Origin: an uncultured Acidobacteriota bacterium
Lineage (GTDB): Bacteria; Acidobacteriota; Thermoanaerobaculia; Multivoradales; UBA5704
Assembly: GCA_963700145.1 (NCBI GenBank)
Contig: OY969474.1
Coordinates: 32,001 to 96,000 of the forward strand
Length of the DNA stretch: 64,000 nt
Direction: 5' to 3'
Of the stretch, positions 8,756 to 19,900 are shown in pieces. Within the stretch, counting starts at the first letter, position 1; each line of letters begins with the position of its first letter. A program made the translations under genes and the position numbers. The notes beneath the pieces were generated by a model. That model made no database searches, was not told the origin of the DNA, and saw only the letters and a list, made by a program, of their open reading frames with translations.

Positions 8756-9835
8756 TCAGAGCGGACTTCCCGTCGCGGCCTCGTTGAGCTGGTCCTTGCA
8801 CTCGTCGAGCCTCGGCGCCCAGGCCGGCGCAGGGGCGGCGCCGTTCCACGTGCCGACGAGCTGCGGGGCCGCGCCGGGCGCGGCGACGCGATAGTGGCGC
8901 CAAGCCGGCGCCGCTTCGAAGAAGTAGTCGTAGCCGGTGCCCGGGCCGGCGATGGCGCACAGCCCTGTGGTCGGCGCCGGTTCGCCCGCAGGCCAACTCA
9001 AGACGTTGGCCTCCCCGCGCACGACGCCGGCCAGCGCCGCGTAGTCGGCCGCGACGCGCAGCGGATGGACGAGCCCCTCGAACTCCAGGAGCACCCACGG
9101 GATGTAGCTGTAGACGTGGGCGAGGGAGCCGCGGTACCAGGCGTTCAGGCAATCCCACTCCTCGTAGGTGCCGGCGCCGACGGCCGCGAAGGCGGACGGG
9201 GTGAGCTCGAGGAGGAGCGACTGCGGGTCCCACCAGATGTTGTGGAAGACCGCCGGCCCCGCGGCCGGATCGAAGCCACGGATGGCGGCGAGATCGGCCC
9301 GCAGCCGCTCGTACAACGCGGTCGTCGCGACGGGGCCGTCACCCAGGAGCAGCGCCAGCGCTTCGGCCTCGGCATCGGCGCGCGGCGAGGCTTCGACGTC
9401 CGCGCGGGTGCCCTGCCCGCACGCGGGGCCCCCGATGCCGCAGCCGTTGAACGTGGCGGTGTCGGCGAGCGGGGCGAACAGGGCGCCCCCGGCGCGGTGG
9501 TACTGCTTGCGCTGACCGCTCCAGGTGTCCTCGACCGTCAGCGTGACCTCCACGTTGGTGAGGCCCGAGGCGAAGACCCAGAAACGGTCGTAGGCGGCGC
9601 AGGCGTCGATCACCTTGACCACCAGCTCGACATTGGTCGGAGAGAAGAACCAGAAGAGGCCCGTCTCCGAAGTGAGGGGGACCGCCTCGGCTTGGCCGCT
9701 GGCGCCGCCGGGGAGACGCCACTCGGCGGTCACCAGGAAGCGCTCTCCGACCAGAGGTAGACCGCTGGCGGCGTGGGCGGAGGAAGTGGCGAAGCAGGCG
9801 AGAGCAACGGCGAGCAGGGCGGTGCGCAGCTTCAT
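8756..9835 (-). CDS. Secreted hypothetical protein
   Basis: Signal peptide, then an RFLVTAEWR...GLFWFFSPTNVELVVKVIDAC...FWVFASGLTNVEVTLTVED domain of the kind seen in Thermoanaerobaculia secreted proteins. Confidence 0.8.
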   Translation of the reverse strand: MKLRTALLAVALACFATSSAHAASGLPLVGERFLVTAEWRLPGGASGQAEAVPLTSETGLFWFFSPTNVELVVKVIDACAAYDRFWVFASGLTNVEVTLTVEDTWSGQRKQYHRAGGALFAPLADTATFNGCGIGGPACGQGTRADVEASPRADAEAEALALLLGDGPVATTALYERLRADLAAIRGFDPAAGPAVFHNIWWDPQSLLLELTPSAFAAVGAGTYEEWDCLNAWYRGSLAHVYSYIPWVLLEFEGLVHPLRVAADYAALAGVVRGEANVLSWPAGEPAPTTGLCAIAGPGTGYDYFFEAAPAWRHYRVAAPGAAPQLVGTWNGAAPAPAWAPRLDECKDQLNEAATGSPL

Positions 9836-9898
9836 GGCGCAATAGCATGGCGCGAGGTGGCCGGCGACCGGCGAGAAGGGCGCGCCCGAGCCGCTAAA

Positions 9899-12484
9899 TC
9901 ACTCAGAGACCAGGTAGTAGCCCACGACGTCCAGCACGAGGTGGACCGTGCCCGCGGGCTGGTTCGCCCGTACGCTGACCGCTCCCGCCGCGCCGAGACG
10001 GACCATCGCGTTGTTGGAGCGGGCGCGGGTCGGGCCCGCGCGGTAGATAACGACGGAGCCCGCCGGGGGCGCCGTGTCGGCGGCGTAGACCTGGAGGTCC
10101 CCGTCGTCGGTGGCGCTCACCGCGGAGACGTTGAGGGCGACCGCCACGGCCTGGGCCGGGATGCCGCAGGTGCCGGCGAGCGGGAACGTGCGCTCGACGC
10201 CGGGGGCGAGCGCGGGACCGCCCTGCGGGCCTGCCGAGTCCCGCGTATCCACGAGGCGGCACGGTGTCAGCGTGAAGAAGTCGGCCGGCCGGTCGGGCCC
10301 GCTGATCTTTAGTAGAAAGCCGCTGGAGGCCGCGCTGGCGTCCGGGTCGAAGCTGGGCAACCCTCCGATGCCGTCGCCATCGGGGAAGCTGGTCTCGCTG
10401 GAGTGGGTCTGGCCGACGACATAGGCGGCGCCGGCGCCGTCCACGGCCACGCCGAACGCATCGTCGGTATCGACAGAGCTGCCGCCGATGTAAGTGGCAA
10501 AGAGCAACGGCGTCCCGCTCGCCGCCACCTTGACGACAAAGCCGTCGCCGTTGAGGTTGTACGTCGTGTCGGGGCCCGTAAGGCCGCCGAAGCCGTCGCC
10601 GTCGGGTAAGGTCGCCTGCGTGGAGCCGGTGTGGCCGACGACGTAGGCATTGCCGGCCGTGTCGAGGGCGACGTCGAAGGCTTCGTCGGTGGAGCTGCCG
10701 CCCAGGTAGCTGGCCCAGACGAGCGCCGCGCCCGCAGCATTCACCTTGGCCACGAAGGCATCCTCCATCCCGCCGTTGTGGGTCGTGTCCGCCCCGGTGA
10801 GAGCGCCGAAGCCGTCGCCGTCGGGGAACGTCGCCTCCGTGGACTGAGTCGTACCGACGAGGTAGGCCTCGCCGGTCGGAGCCACGGCGAGGCCGCCGGC
10901 CGCCCTTTCGTATGAGGCGCCGCCGACGTAGCCGGCGTAGAGGAAGGCCGTTCCCGCCGCGTCGATCTTGGCGATGAAGGCATCCGCGAGGCCGTTGTGC
11001 GTCGTGTCCGGTCCGCTGAGGGCGCCGAAGCCGTCGCCGTCGGGGAAGGTCGCCTGCGTCGACATGGTCGTACCCGCGAGGTAGGCGTTGCCGGTCGAAT
11101 CTACGGCGACGTCGGTGGCGCCATCGGTGCCGAGGCCGGCGCCGCCGATGTAGCCGGCGTTGAGGAACGCCGTGCCCGCGGCGTTCACCTTGACGAAGAA
11201 GCCGTCGTCGTACGACCCGTTGTAGGTCGTGTCCGGTCCAGGAAGACCGCCGAAGCCGTCGCCGTCGGGGAAGGTCGTCTCGGTGGAGTTGGTGACGCCG
11301 GCGACGTAGGCATTGCCGGCCCCGTCCACGGCGATGGAGTTCGCCCTATCGGAACCGGAGCCGCCGACGAAACCCGCATAGAGCAGCGAAGTGCCGGCGG
11401 CATCGAGCTTGGCGACGAAGCCATCGGAAGCTCCGCCGTTGAAGCTCGTGTCGGGTCCGGAGACGGCCGGAAACCCCGTACCGGTCGTGTCTCCGGCAAC
11501 GTAGACATTGCCGGCCGCATCGATCGCGAGGTCAGCGATCCAGGAGACGCCCTGGAAGTAGGCGGTCCAGAGAACGGCGGTGCCGGCCGCATTGATCTTG
11601 GCGACGTAAACCAGGGTGCTGGAAGACCCGGGTGGGTGATAGTCGCTGATGCAGGCCGCGTAGGCATTGCCCGCCCCATCCACGGCGACCGCCGAGCAGG
11701 CGTCGTAGTCGAACTCCGGGTCGAAGTTCCTCCCGAAGAAGCCGGCGTAGACGAAGACCTCGGGGTCGATGAGCAGCGGCAGGCGAGGGTCGTAGGCGCC
11801 GAGTCGGAAGCCGTGGCTGCCGCCGGCGGTGTCGAGGTCGTAGGCCGTCGCGACCTCGACCGCGCGGCCGCCCACCGTCTGGAAGGAGACCGGCCGCGCG
11901 TCGTGGAGGCTTCCCGCGGGCGTTTCGACCTCGAGCTCCCCCCGGGCGTTCACCGCCAGTCGCGTGGCGCCGCGATAGGCCAAGCGGATCCGGCGCGGAT
12001 CGGCGCCGGGGCGCACCAGGAGCTCGTACTTCAGCCGCCCGGCGGCGCCGGAGAAGATCAGGTCGATCCCCGGCCAGAGGTCCGGGTAGACCAGCCGGGA
12101 GTAGGTCGGGATCCCGGCGCGCCAGCTCGCCGGCTGGCCCTGGAAGTAGCTCACCACGGCCGGCGTTCTGGCCTCGGCCCGCGGCTGGACGTCGCGGGCG
12201 GCTCCCACGAACTCCAGGCGCAGGGCGTCCGGTGGCTCGGCTCCCCGCGCCTTCGAGTGGAGGAGGAACGTCAGCGCCTGCGCCGTGAAGGAGAGGGTCT
12301 TGTCCCGGTCCTGGACGTAGTAGGCGACGTGCGGGTCGGCCTGGCCGCGGTTCTCGATGAAGGAGAGCGGTAGGCGTGCCAGCGCGGCCTCCTGCCGCAC
12401 GTTCCGGGCGCCAGCCGGCGAGGCGCCGGCAGCGAAGCCGAGGAGGGAGACGATGAGGGCCGTCCAGGCTTCGCGACTGCGCAT
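9899..12484 (-). CDS. Secreted SBBP beta-propeller repeat protein with C-terminal TPCRLVDTR domain
   Basis: LPLSFIENRGQ N-domain, repeated AVDxAGNAYVxGxT and FPDGDGFGxLxGPDTTxNG units, C-terminal FFTLTPCRLVDTR...HLVLDVVGY. Start 12484 gives a signal peptide. Confidence 0.88.
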   Translation of the reverse strand: MRSREAWTALIVSLLGFAAGASPAGARNVRQEAALARLPLSFIENRGQADPHVAYYVQDRDKTLSFTAQALTFLLHSKARGAEPPDALRLEFVGAARDVQPRAEARTPAVVSYFQGQPASWRAGIPTYSRLVYPDLWPGIDLIFSGAAGRLKYELLVRPGADPRRIRLAYRGATRLAVNARGELEVETPAGSLHDARPVSFQTVGGRAVEVATAYDLDTAGGSHGFRLGAYDPRLPLLIDPEVFVYAGFFGRNFDPEFDYDACSAVAVDGAGNAYAACISDYHPPGSSSTLVYVAKINAAGTAVLWTAYFQGVSWIADLAIDAAGNVYVAGDTTGTGFPAVSGPDTSFNGGASDGFVAKLDAAGTSLLYAGFVGGSGSDRANSIAVDGAGNAYVAGVTNSTETTFPDGDGFGGLPGPDTTYNGSYDDGFFVKVNAAGTAFLNAGYIGGAGLGTDGATDVAVDSTGNAYLAGTTMSTQATFPDGDGFGALSGPDTTHNGLADAFIAKIDAAGTAFLYAGYVGGASYERAAGGLAVAPTGEAYLVGTTQSTEATFPDGDGFGALTGADTTHNGGMEDAFVAKVNAAGAALVWASYLGGSSTDEAFDVALDTAGNAYVVGHTGSTQATLPDGDGFGGLTGPDTTYNLNGDGFVVKVAASGTPLLFATYIGGSSVDTDDAFGVAVDGAGAAYVVGQTHSSETSFPDGDGIGGLPSFDPDASAASSGFLLKISGPDRPADFFTLTPCRLVDTRDSAGPQGGPALAPGVERTFPLAGTCGIPAQAVAVALNVSAVSATDDGDLQVYAADTAPPAGSVVIYRAGPTRARSNNAMVRLGAAGAVSVRANQPAGTVHLVLDVVGYYLVSE

Positions 12485-12696
12485 GCGACGCGAAGCTACC
12501 ACGCCGGCGGCAGCGAGTGCAGCAGCAGGAGCTTGACGTGGTCGGTGAATCTTAGTATTTTTGTACCAGACTCCGCGGTACATCGATGCAGAGCGGCGCA
12601 AGAGCCCGGGTTGCGTCTGGGTAGCCTTACAGGCACGGACAATCAAATGACATCTGGACGTGATCTGCCAAACTCGTTCCGAAAAGAGGTTGGGCG

Positions 12697-13983
12697 GTGA
12701 AAGAGAAGGACTGGGGCACGCTCCTTTGGAGTTTGCAGCGTCGCAACTGCATCCTTCTTCTGGGACCAGAACTCACGGCCGAAGGCCTGCCGGGAAGCAC
12801 GACGCTTACCGGGGAACTCGCGCGGCAGCTCGCAAGCGATATCGAGCCGCCTTTGCTGGCGACGACGGACTTGCCGCGCGTCGCACAGCAGTACCTTGCT
12901 CAGAATGGTCGCAACGACCTGGAACGAGAAGTTGTCCGTTTCTACGCGGCGCACGAGGACGACTCGTCGGAGATCCACGAAGCGCTCGCCGCCGTGCCGT
13001 TTTACTTTGCCATCACGTCATGCCACGACAGCCTGCTACGGCGCGCCATGGAGAGGGCGGGTAAGGCCCCCTTCGCCGAGCGGTACAACTTCCAGGGCGA
13101 CAAAGAGGACAACGTCCCGATGGGGACGGTTGACCGCCCCCTGATCTATCACCTCTACGGCTCCATCCAGGAGCCGGAATCGCTCGTACTCACCGAAAAC
13201 GATCTTCTCGATTTCCTGGTAGCAGTCGTATCGAAGAACCCATCGCTGCCGGACAACGTCCGCAGTGCGCTGCAGAAGAAGGGCAAGAATTTTCTCTTCC
13301 TCGGCTTCGGGATCAGGCACTGGTATCTCCGCATCCTGCTCCACCTCTTAAAGTTCAATCAATCCGACAGTCGCTCGTTCGCCCTTGAGGCATTTCAGGC
13401 CCAGAACTTTCCGGACCTCGAGCAGACGGTCCTCTTCTACAAGACCGGCTTCAAGATCGAGGTGTTCGACACCGAGATCGAGACCTTCGTCCAGGAGCTC
13501 CGCGAGCGCTACCAGGCGATGTCGCCCTCCCTCGAGGCGCCGCCGTCCGGCAGGGGCCTGCGCCAAGCGCGCGTCTTCCTCTCCTATGCCAGTGAGGATC
13601 AAGCGACCGCCAGACGGCTGTGCCAGGAGCTGCGAGAGGGCGGACTTGATCCCTGGATGGACAAGACGGGGCTCGGCCCGGGGGTGGAATGGGACGGGAT
13701 GATCGAGGAGAAGCTCGAGGAGGCGGACTATGTCTGCGTCCTCCAGAGCCGGGCCCTTGCGGACAAGAGATTCAGCTACGTCAACAAAGAGATCAAGCTT
13801 GCCCTCGAGCGCCAGAGGTATGCCCAAAAGGGAGTGCTCTACCTCATCCCTCTCCAGATCGACGACGGTCCACGATTGGACATCCTCAAGGAGCTCGAAA
13901 CCTTGTCGCTGCGCGACGATGACGCGGTCAGGAGTTTGGTCACCACGATCAAGCGGGACTTCCAGCGCCGCGGAAGGCAGTAG
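12697..13983 (+). CDS. SIR2-like (degenerate) domain + C-terminal TIR domain protein
   Basis: CILLLGPEL, ITSCHDSLL, LIYHLYGS...LVLTENDLLDFL and FLFLGFG (SIR2_2-like). VFLSYASED...PWMDK...YVNKEIKLALE (TIR, catalytic-type Glu retained). Confidence 0.85.
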   Translation: MKEKDWGTLLWSLQRRNCILLLGPELTAEGLPGSTTLTGELARQLASDIEPPLLATTDLPRVAQQYLAQNGRNDLEREVVRFYAAHEDDSSEIHEALAAVPFYFAITSCHDSLLRRAMERAGKAPFAERYNFQGDKEDNVPMGTVDRPLIYHLYGSIQEPESLVLTENDLLDFLVAVVSKNPSLPDNVRSALQKKGKNFLFLGFGIRHWYLRILLHLLKFNQSDSRSFALEAFQAQNFPDLEQTVLFYKTGFKIEVFDTEIETFVQELRERYQAMSPSLEAPPSGRGLRQARVFLSYASEDQATARRLCQELREGGLDPWMDKTGLGPGVEWDGMIEEKLEEADYVCVLQSRALADKRFSYVNKEIKLALERQRYAQKGVLYLIPLQIDDGPRLDILKELETLSLRDDDAVRSLVTTIKRDFQRRGRQ

Positions 13984-13985
13984 GG

Positions 13986-16900
13986 ATGGCCGCCACCTTC
14001 CACTCCCGCTACCCCGGGGCGCGCTCCTTCCAGGACGATGACGTCGATCGCAAGCTCTTCCGAGGCCGCGACAGAGAAAAGGAATCTCTGCTGCACCTGG
14101 TGCTCGCCGAGGATCTCGTCGTCGTCTACGCGAAGTCGGGCATGGGAAAGACGTCGTTGCTCAACGCAGGGCTGATGGAGCCGCTGCGCGAGGAGGGGTA
14201 TCTGCCCATGAGTGTTCGTCTGAACGACCCCGCGGCGGGGCCCTTCCGGACGCTCTACGACGGCATCGCCGAAAAGGCCACCCAACAGGGAATCGAGCAC
14301 GTCTCTGGCGACGAGACCTCGCTGTGGCACTTCTTCAAGACGCTCGAGCTGTGGCGCGGCGACGATCTGCTCACGCCGGTGCTGATCCTCGATCAGTTCG
14401 AGGAACTCTTCACCCTGCAGTCGCGCGCGAACCGGCGCGCCTTCATCGACCAGCTCGCGGACCTGGTCCGCGGCAAGGTGCCTCAAGACCTCGCCGAGAG
14501 CCGCGGCCTCGAGGACGATCGCCGTTTGAGCCCCTCCGCACCCCTGATCAAGGTGGTGCTCGCGATCCGCGAGGACTTCCTCGGCAACCTGGAGGAGCTG
14601 GGTCGCAAGATTCCGAATATCTTGAATACCCGCTTCCGCCTCGGCCCGCTCAGTCGAGACGAAGCGCGGCGGGCGATCAGCGAGCCGGCGCGGGTTCTCG
14701 ACGAGCAGATCCCCACCGCGCGCTTCGACTACGAGCCCGCGGCCGTCGAGGCGATCCTCGACTTCCTCGCCGAGCGCCATCTGCAAGGGGGGGTCGACAC
14801 CACCCCCGAGATCGAACCATTCCAGCTCCAGCTCATATGCCAGCACGTCGAGTCGATCGTGGCTGCGCGCCAGGCGGCCTCCGGAGCCGTAGCGCCGATC
14901 ACTTACGACGACCTCGGGGGAGACGCTGGCATCTACGAGATGCTCAAGGGATTCTGTGACAGCCAGATCGGGGCGATCGCGGACACCTACGGCAGGCGCG
15001 CGCTTTACCGGCTATGTGAGCAGGGGTTGATCAGCCCGCACGGCCGCCGCCTGAGCCTCGAGGAGGGCGAGATCGAGCGCCGATTCCGTGTGCCCAAGGA
15101 AGCCCTGCACCACCTGGTGAACCGGCGCCTCCTCAGAGCTGAGCCGCGGCTCGGGAGTTTCTCCTACGAGCTAAGCCATGACACCTTGGTCGCGCCGATC
15201 CTCGCCTCGCGCGAGCGCCGTGCGCGGTCCCGGCGACTATGGGCAGGCGGCGCGGCCCTCGCGGCGGTGCTCGTCGTGGTCGCCGTCTTCGGCAGGCGCG
15301 GCTACGTCCATGGGCAAGAGGATGCCCTGGCCGACGACGCGCGACGGATCGGCGAGTACCTAGCGAGCGATCCCCCGCGGGCCCTCGTCCTGGCTGTGGA
15401 CGCGACCGGCCGTAGCCTCTCGCTCTACGGCGAGCCCACGCCCCAAATCTCCCTCGAATTGGCCAAGGTGGTCGAGAAGGCCCGCTTTACGCGCTCACGG
15501 ATCCTCCAGGAGATGCAGCCAACGGCCAGCGCCCTCGCCCCCGGAGGAGAGATCGCCGCGACCGGGACCGAGGATGGCAGGATCGTTCTCTACGATACCG
15601 CAGGTAACCGTCTGCGCGAGCTCGCTCCAGCCGGGGGAGGGCCGGTCACGCAACTTGCGTTCAGCCCCGGGGGCCAATGGATCGCAGCGGTGACAGGGGA
15701 GCGGCTGCGGCTCTGGAGCCGGGAGGGCCGGTCCGAAGGCCATCCCTACGCGGTCACGGGCGGCGTGCGGGCGATCGCCTTCCGCCCGGGCGACGACTGC
15801 TTGGCCGTGGCCACACCAGCGGGGCTGCGCCTTCTGGAGATCGCGAAGAAGCGGTGGAGCGGCGGGAAGCCGCAGGGCGGAATTACGCGCTTGACCTTCA
15901 GTCACGACGGCGAGCGGCTGCTCTCTTTGCATCAGGACGGCACGGCTCGCGTATGGGGCGTGCCCTCGCCGGGGGCGCTGTCCAATGCGAGCAGCGCCCT
16001 GGCGGTGATCAGCTCGCCCAATGATTGGTCGTTCGGCGGCAACCGGCGGGCCCTACTTAAGCCTGATGGGATCTGGATCGGGGACCGCGGGACCAGGCGT
16101 CTGCGCCCGCTCACAGGGATCGGCGAGAGCCCGACATCGCTGGCCCTGAGCCCCGACGGCAAGAGCATCGCTGTTGGATTGTACGCCGGCGGTTTCGAGC
16201 TGCATCGCCTCGAAAAAGAACGCAAGGCAGCGAAGGCCACTGGCAGCGCCACCCCTGCCACCGCCGGCTCCAAGGCAGTCGCGACGCGGATCTTCGAGAA
16301 GCCTCAGGGCACTGCTACGACGGCGCTGGCTCTAGATTCGACGACGGACTTCGCGGCGACCGGCGAGGCTGACGGCACGATTACGTTTTGGAACCGCACA
16401 ACCGGAGATTTCACGGCTCAGGAGAGAGCTCACGAGGGTTATATCTTCGCCCTCGCCATCGATCGCAAGGAGCACCGGCTGATCAGCGGTGGCAGCGATT
16501 GCGCAATCAGAATCTGGAGCCTCGATCGTAAGCTGTTGCGTGATCTCACGCGCAGCGGCGAGAACTGTGCAGTGATGGGTCTAGCCGTCCACCCAGGGGC
16601 GGAGTTTTTCGCCCTTGGTGACCGGGCAGGACATATCGAGACGTGGAGCTTCGACGGCCGACGCCTCTCGTCGTCCACAAGCGAGCCGGTTCTCGCCCTG
16701 GCGATAGGCCCCAAGGGCGTCGTGAGCTCGGCGCACTTCGACGGCGCAGTGCGTGAATGGTCAACCGACCAGGGCCGAGATCTCTCCCTACTCGACGAAG
16801 TTCCTGCTCCCCATCTGCTGATGACGGCCGCAACCTTTGCCCCGGATGGCGCCATCGTGCTCGGCGGTGAGGACGGCCGCTGGCGGATGGTTCCCCAGGA

Positions 16901-19900
16901 GAGCTACATGCAGGATCCGGGCGACGGTGTGATCAGGTTCGACGAGAGCGGCGAAGGGGTCAAGACGCAGGATGCCCACAAGGCGGCTGTGCAAGTCCTG
17001 GCCTTCAGCTCGGACGGCCTGAGCCTGGTTAGTGGCGACGCGGTGGGCGGCCTGCGCCTGTGGAGCGCGGAGGGTGAGCTGCTAAGTGACCCCATCCCGG
17101 GCCGGGGGTCGCCCACGACTGCCGCCGGCTTCAGCGGCGATGGCGAGAGCGTGCTGGCCCTTGCCCGTGACCTCACGCTGACAATCTGGGACCGCCACGG
17201 CATGAACCCACCGGGTGTTCCGGAGGCTCAGATCGGCGAAGGCTTTGGTCTCGCTATCGATCCTAAGGGAGCATTTTTCGCCACGATCTCTGACAGTGGC
17301 GACGGCAAGCAGTTGGCCGTATGGGATCTGCATACAGCCCGGAAGCTGAGCTGGTCTAGCGAGATCGAGCAGTGCTCGCCTGCAGGCATCGCCATCCGCC
17401 CGGACGGGTTGGGGATGGCTGTCGGCTGCGAGGACGGGCATATTGCCATGGTGGATGCTTGGTTGGACGAGCTGCCCAGCGCGTCCAAGAAGCCGGGCGC
17501 CGCCGTCCGGGCACTCGCCTTCGATCCACAAGGGCAGTACTTTGCGGCCGGCGACGACGATGGAAGGCTGGGCCTCTGGGACGCGCGAGGGAGGCCTCTC
17601 GCCGCGCCGCCATGGCCGGCGCATGCGGGTCCCGTGCTCGCGCTCGCGGTAAGCCCGGACGGCAACTGGATCGCTAGCGCCGGCGGCGAGGCGCCACCCG
17701 CCGGCGCTGGAGCGGTCCGCAAGGACGACTCCAACGTCAAATTGTGGAACCGTTGGAAACCGGGCGAGGTCGTTTGGCCACGTCCCTGGAATGTTCTCTC
17801 CAGCCACCCGCGTCGCGGCATCAACTCCTTGGCCTTTAGCCCCGACGGTAGAACCCTAATCACCGGCGGGGATGACGGGATGGTCCGCTTCTGGAACGTC
17901 GAGGACGGCACGGAGCAGCAGATCCTGGAGACCCAGGGAGGTCGCGTCGCCTCGGTCGCCTTCAGCCCCGACGGTACGCAAATCCTCACCGCGGGCTTCG
18001 ACGGCAACCTCCGGCTCTGGGATCTTCAGCGTAATCTGCTCGCGCTGGCCCTCCCCATCCGCGCCAATGCCGGGCCTGGAGAGGAGTTAGCCGTTCAGGC
18101 GGCCTTTGCCCCCGGGGGAGACCTCCTCGTCAGTAGCGCGGCGCAGGGGAGGTCACTGCTCCGGCGAGGGAGCTGGCGCGGGTGGCTGCAGGTCGCCTGC
18201 CATCGCCTGCGCCGCGATGATGGCTGGCGCCGTCCCAGCCTACCCGGCGAGCGCAAGGCCCGAGAAACCTGCGAGCGGTGGGCTGGGCCCGACGACGATC
18301 CATGGAGCGGGCTGGCATCCGCCGGACAGGCACCGCCGGGCTCCACGCCCCTCCATCGGGCTGTCGTGATGGGGGTTGTGGGAGACGTGACGTCTCTGCT
18401 CCTCGAGGGGCAGGACCCCAACGTCCGCGATGCAGCGGCCCGGACGCCGCTCGCCCTTGCGGTTGCGGCGGGCCGTGCCGAGGCGGCCCGGGCGCTCCTC
18501 GCCAACCACGCGGATCCCAGGCTCGGGGACGGCTTCGGCGACACCCCCCTCCACCAGGCCGCCGCCCGCGGTGACTCGATGGTGATCGACCTCCTCCTTC
18601 GCGGCGGGGCCGCGCCGGGCGCACGCAACCGCTACGGCGTGACGCCCCTCATGAACTCGGCCCATCGCGGCCATGCGGCCGCTGCCCGGGCGTTGCTCGA
18701 CAAGGGGGCTCCGGTCGACACGGCGGATGACGGAGGAAACACCGCCTTGATGGACGCTGCCAGAAATGGCCATCTGGATCTTGTGGAGCTATTGATCGCG
18801 CGAGGAGCCGACATCAACCGGGAGAATCGGACTCCGGCGCGGATGACCGCCCTGCGCTGGGCGAGGTACGGAGGACATTCCGGCGTTGTCGATTTCCTCC
18901 AAGCGAAAAGTCTGCGCGTCAGCGAAGACCTGCCCACGGCCGTCCAGCGCATCCACCTGGCGCGCTATGCTCCCGCCCACCTGCGGCCGGCTGCCGCGAC
19001 GCTGGGGCGCTGGTGGACACCGATCCGGAACGAAGTCAGCATGCGGACTTTCCGCTCGGTCCGCGCGATCGCCGAGCAAGGCGACAGCTTTGCGCAGTTC
19101 CTGGTGGGTTACGCCTTGGCGCGGGGGCTAGGAGTCGGCCGCGATCCGGACGCCGCCCTGATTTGGTACCGCCGATCGGCCGAACAGGGCGACCCGCTCG
19201 GCCAAGCCGCGCTCGGGATGGCCTACTGGACGGCCGAAGGTCCGCGTACGCGGCAGGACATGCAACAGGCCCTGCTCTGGAACCAACGATCCGCGGCGCA
19301 GGGTCATCCCGTGGGCCACTGGAACCTCGGCAACATGTACAGCCAGGGTATCGGGGTCGAGAACTCCTCCGGGACCGGCGCCCTCTGTTCTTACCTAGAG
19401 GCCGCCCGCGCGCAACTCGCAGACCTTGTTTGCAGCCCCCCAGTTCCGGCCCAACGCCAATGGGCGCGCGCCGATCCCGCCGCGATCAATTCCGTCGGCT
19501 GGAGTCTCGACAACGGTGCGGGTTACAGAGAGGACTCGCAAGCTGCTTTCGCCTACTTCCGGCGGGCCGCTAGCCAAGGGGACCTGGTCGCCCAGCGCAA
19601 TATCGGCTCGATGTGGCTCTATGGAAGGGCTGTCCCGAGATCTCTCGCGCAAGCCCACGTGTGGCTGCGGCGGGCGGCCGACCAGGGGCACGGCGGTGCC
19701 ATGTCTCTCCTAGGCCATAGCTACCTCTATGGCTTAGGGGTCCCGGCCTCTGCCGTCGAGGCCCTGAGTTGGTACAGACGGGGCGGCGAGGCCGGCAATC
19801 GTTCGTCTCAGCGCCAGACAGGTTGGATGCTGGAGCGCGGCCTCGGGGAGGAGCGGTCGCTGGTCGCCGCCGTGGGCTGGTACCGAAGAGCCGCCGCGCA